This document shows, in pieces, positions 60,873-64,000 of a stretch of DNA of 64,000 nucleotides. The notes under the pieces were generated by a model that was not told the origin of the DNA, made no database searches, and saw only the letters and a program-made list of their open reading frames with translations. Origin of the DNA: Felis catus (Eukaryota); the NCBI RefSeq assembly GCF_018350175.1, contig NC_058383.1, forward strand, positions 21,826,001 to 21,890,000. The letters are read 5' to 3'. Each line of letters begins with the position of its first letter. Within the stretch, counting starts at the first letter, position 1. A program made the translations under genes and the position numbers.

Positions 60873-63800
60873 GCACAGCAGGGGAGGGGCAGAGAGAGAG
60901 GAGGACACAAAATCCGAAGCAGGCTCCAGACTCTGAGCTGTCAGCACGGAGACCAACGTGGGGCTCGAACTCATGAACTGTGAGATCATGACCTGAGCTG
61001 AAGTGGGATGCTTAACCGACGGAGCCACCCAGGAGCCCCGCTCACTGTGACTTTAATATACATCTTCCCTAATAGTTAAAAGTTGTGGAACGACTTTTCA
61101 CATGCTTATTTGCCATCCATATATCTTTTTTTCTTTACAGCGTTATTGAGATGTAATTCCTATACCATAAAGTTACCTTCTAAACATATGCAATGTGGTG
61201 TCTTAAATATATCCACAGTTATGCAGTTATCACCATTATCAATTCCAGAACATTTTTTATTATCCCCAAAAGAAACCCTGAAGCCATTAGCTGTCATTCC
61301 CCATTCATACTCACCTGACCTCTACCCTTTCTGCCCAGCCCCACCCCAACCAGTAATTTACTCTGTTGATTTTTCTGTTCTAGACCTTTCATATAGATGA
61401 TATCATACAATATGTGGTCTTTGGTGCCTCACTTAGCATAATGTTTTCAAGGTTCATTTATGTTTTCAAATGTGTTGGTACCTTACACCAAAAAATTATC
61501 CAGCTTTTTAATGGCAGTGTAATAAACCGTTGTATAGAGTTTTGTTTTTCCATCCATCAAGTAATGAATATTTGGATTGTTTCTACTCTGGGGCTATTAT
61601 GAATAATGCTCTATGACCGTTCATGTACAAATGTTTGCAGGGACATATCTTTTAATTCTCTTGGGTACAGGAGTGGAATTGCATGGTCATGTGGTAATTC
61701 TATGCTTAACTTTTTTTTTTTAATTTTTTAATGTTTATTTATTTTTGAGAGAGAGACAAAGTACAAACAGGGGAAGGGCAGAGAGAGAGAAGGAGACACA
61801 GAAACTGAAGTAGGCTCCAGGCTCTGAGCTGTTAGCACAGAGCCCGATGCAGGGCTCGAACTCATGAACTATGAGATCATGACCTGAGGTGAAGACAAAT
61901 GTTTAACCAACTGAGCCACCCAGGCGCCCCTATGCTTAACTTCTTAAAAAAAAGTTTTTTAAATGTTTATTTATTTTGAGAGTGAGTGAACGAAAGCCAG
62001 GGAAGGGCAGAGAAAGAGGGAGACACAGAATCTGAAGCAGGTTCCAGGCTCTGAGCTGTCAGCACAGAGCCTGATGCAGGGCTTGAACCCATGAATCATG
62101 AGATCAGGACCTGAGCCAAAGTTGGTCAGTCATGACCGACTGAGCCACCCAGGTGTCTCTCTATGCTTAGCTTCTTGAGGAACCACCAGGCTATTTTCCA
62201 CAGCAACTATGCTGTTTTACATTTTCATCAGCAATGTATGGGGGTTCCTGTTTCTCCGCATCCTCACCAACACTCATGATTGTCCTCCTTTTTGATTACA
62301 GCCATCTGGTGGGTTGATATAAAATTCTATCTTATTGTGGTTTTGATTTTCATTTTCTGGATGACACAATGATGTTGAGCATCTTATGTGCTTATTGGCC
62401 ATTGGTATATTTTCTTTAGACATATATGTATTCAAATCCTTTGAATATTTTTAAATTGGGTTGTCTTTTTGTTATTGAATTATAAGAGTTCTTTATATAG
62501 TCTGGATACAGGTTCCTTATCAGACATATAATTTGCAAATATTTTCTCTCCCATTATGTGATTTATCTTTTCATTTTCTTGATGATGTCCTTTGAAGCAC
62601 AAAAGCTTTAATTTTGATAAAAAATTTTCTATATATATATATATATTTTGGTGTTATATCTAAGAAATCATTGCCCAATCTATAGTCACAAAGAATTATT
62701 CCTATGTTTTCTTCTATGAGTTTTATAGTTCTTGCTTTTATATTTAGTTCTATGATTCACCTTCAGTTAAGTATTGCACATGGTGTGAGGTAGGGGTCCA
62801 ACTCCACTCCTTTTTATGTGTGAGAGTGACTGTCCCAGGACTCTTTGTTGAAAAGACTATTCTTTCTTCACTGGGTAGTCTTGGCACCCAACGCTGAAAA
62901 TCAATTAGCCATAAATATAAGAGTTTATTTCTGAACTCTTCAAATCTATTCTATTGATCTATATAAGTGTATCCTTAAACCCAGTACTACACTTTCTTAT
63001 TACTGCAGCTTTATGGCAAATTTTGAAGGAAGTAAATGAGAGTCCTTCAACTTTGTTTTTTTTCAAGATTGTTTTGGATATTCAAGGATATGAATTTTAT
63101 GATTAGCTTATCAATTTCTGCAAAAAAAAATTCCTGCTGGAATTTTGATACAAATTGCACTGAATTTGTCAACCAGAAGTATTGCCATCTTAACATTATT
63201 AAGATTTCTGATCTGTGAAGACAGAGTGGCTTTTTATTTACTTAGGTCTTCTTTATTTCCAACAATGTTTTGTAATAGTCATTGTACAAATCTTCCTCTT
63301 CTGTTGTTGAATTTATTCCTAAGTGTTTTATTCTTTTTCATGCTATTGTAAATGCAATCGTTTTCTTAATTTCATTCTCACATTGTTCATTGACAGTCTG
63401 TATCTCCTTTAGTGAATTGTCTTTTCAAATATTTTGCCCATTTTTAAACTGGGTTGTTCATTTTCTTTTTATGGAGTTTCACTGTATTTTTCATATATAT
63501 ATAGAATGTGTTTTGCAAGTGTTCTCTCCTAGTCTGTGGCTTGTCTTTTCATTTCCTTAATTTCATTTTCAGATTGTTCACTGACAGTCTATGTATCTTC
63601 TTTAGTGAATTATCTATTCAAATATGTTAACTTTTTTTAAAACTGTGTTGTTCATTTTCTTATTATGGAGTTTCATGTGTTCTTTGTATTTTTCTTGTAT
63701 ATATAGAATGTGTTTTGCAAATATTTTCTCTTAGGTTTGTCTTTTCATTTCCTTCATGTCTTTTAAAGAGCAGAAGTTTTAAAATTTTGATGAAGTTCAA

Positions 63801-64000
63801 CACATCAAAATTTTCTTTTGTGGATTGTGCTTTTTCTGTCTTATCTAAGAATTTTTTGCATAACTCGAGATAACAAATCCCTTATGTTTCCTTCTGGACG
63901 TTTAAAAAAATTTTTTTAATGTTTTATTTATTTTTGAGACAGAGAGACAAGAACATGAATGGGGGAGGGGCAGAGAGAGAGGGAGACACAGAATCTGAAG
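56795..64000. mobile_element. Can-SINEs at -56795-57010, +58673-58865, +58877-59125, -59455-59645, -59748-59958, -60575-60802, -60815-61039, -61712-61930, -61946-62158, -63903-64000
   Basis: SINE heads and tails; boundaries approximate. Confidence 0.87.
59660..63900 (-). mobile_element. Degenerate old L1 fragments (3' end and ORF2) on minus strand
   Basis: T-rich strand with tttgcattcccaccagcaatg, tttgttgaaaagactattctttc, ccttatcagacatataatttgcaaatatttt. Confidence 0.85.

Noticed and set aside
5158..61028. Recurrent ORFs such as AQSVKRPTSAQVMIS.. and GACFRFCVSLSLCP..
   Set aside because: Translations of Can-SINE copies, not a gene family; the tRNA-like heads are not tRNA genes

Overview
Mammalian genomic DNA, almost certainly a felid judging by the SINEC_Fc-type Can-SINEs and carnivore L1. 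It carries one complete protein-coding gene, RBBP6 (PACT/P2P-R; E3 ligase and pre-mRNA 3'-end processing factor), on the minus strand. I reconstructed 18 coding exons by hand (47662 down to 16990). All introns are GT-AG, phases are consistent, and the CDS is 5379 nt (1792 aa + stop). The 118-aa DWNN-only isoform (exon 3 read-through) and the 102-nt cassette exon 16 are both intact. A CpG-island promoter/5'UTR lies at about 47.4-49.1 kb. The flanks (1-16 kb, 49.3-64 kb) are nested L1, Can-SINE, MIR and L2 debris with no other recognisable gene. I found no new gene family. The best leads are candidate RNA-level control elements inside RBBP6, all inferred from sequence alone: an in-frame 114-nt cryptic exon, several poison-exon candidates, a possible second DWNN-only intronic-polyA isoform whose donor is a (TA)n microsatellite, three uORFs and a 15-kb SINE-free zone.
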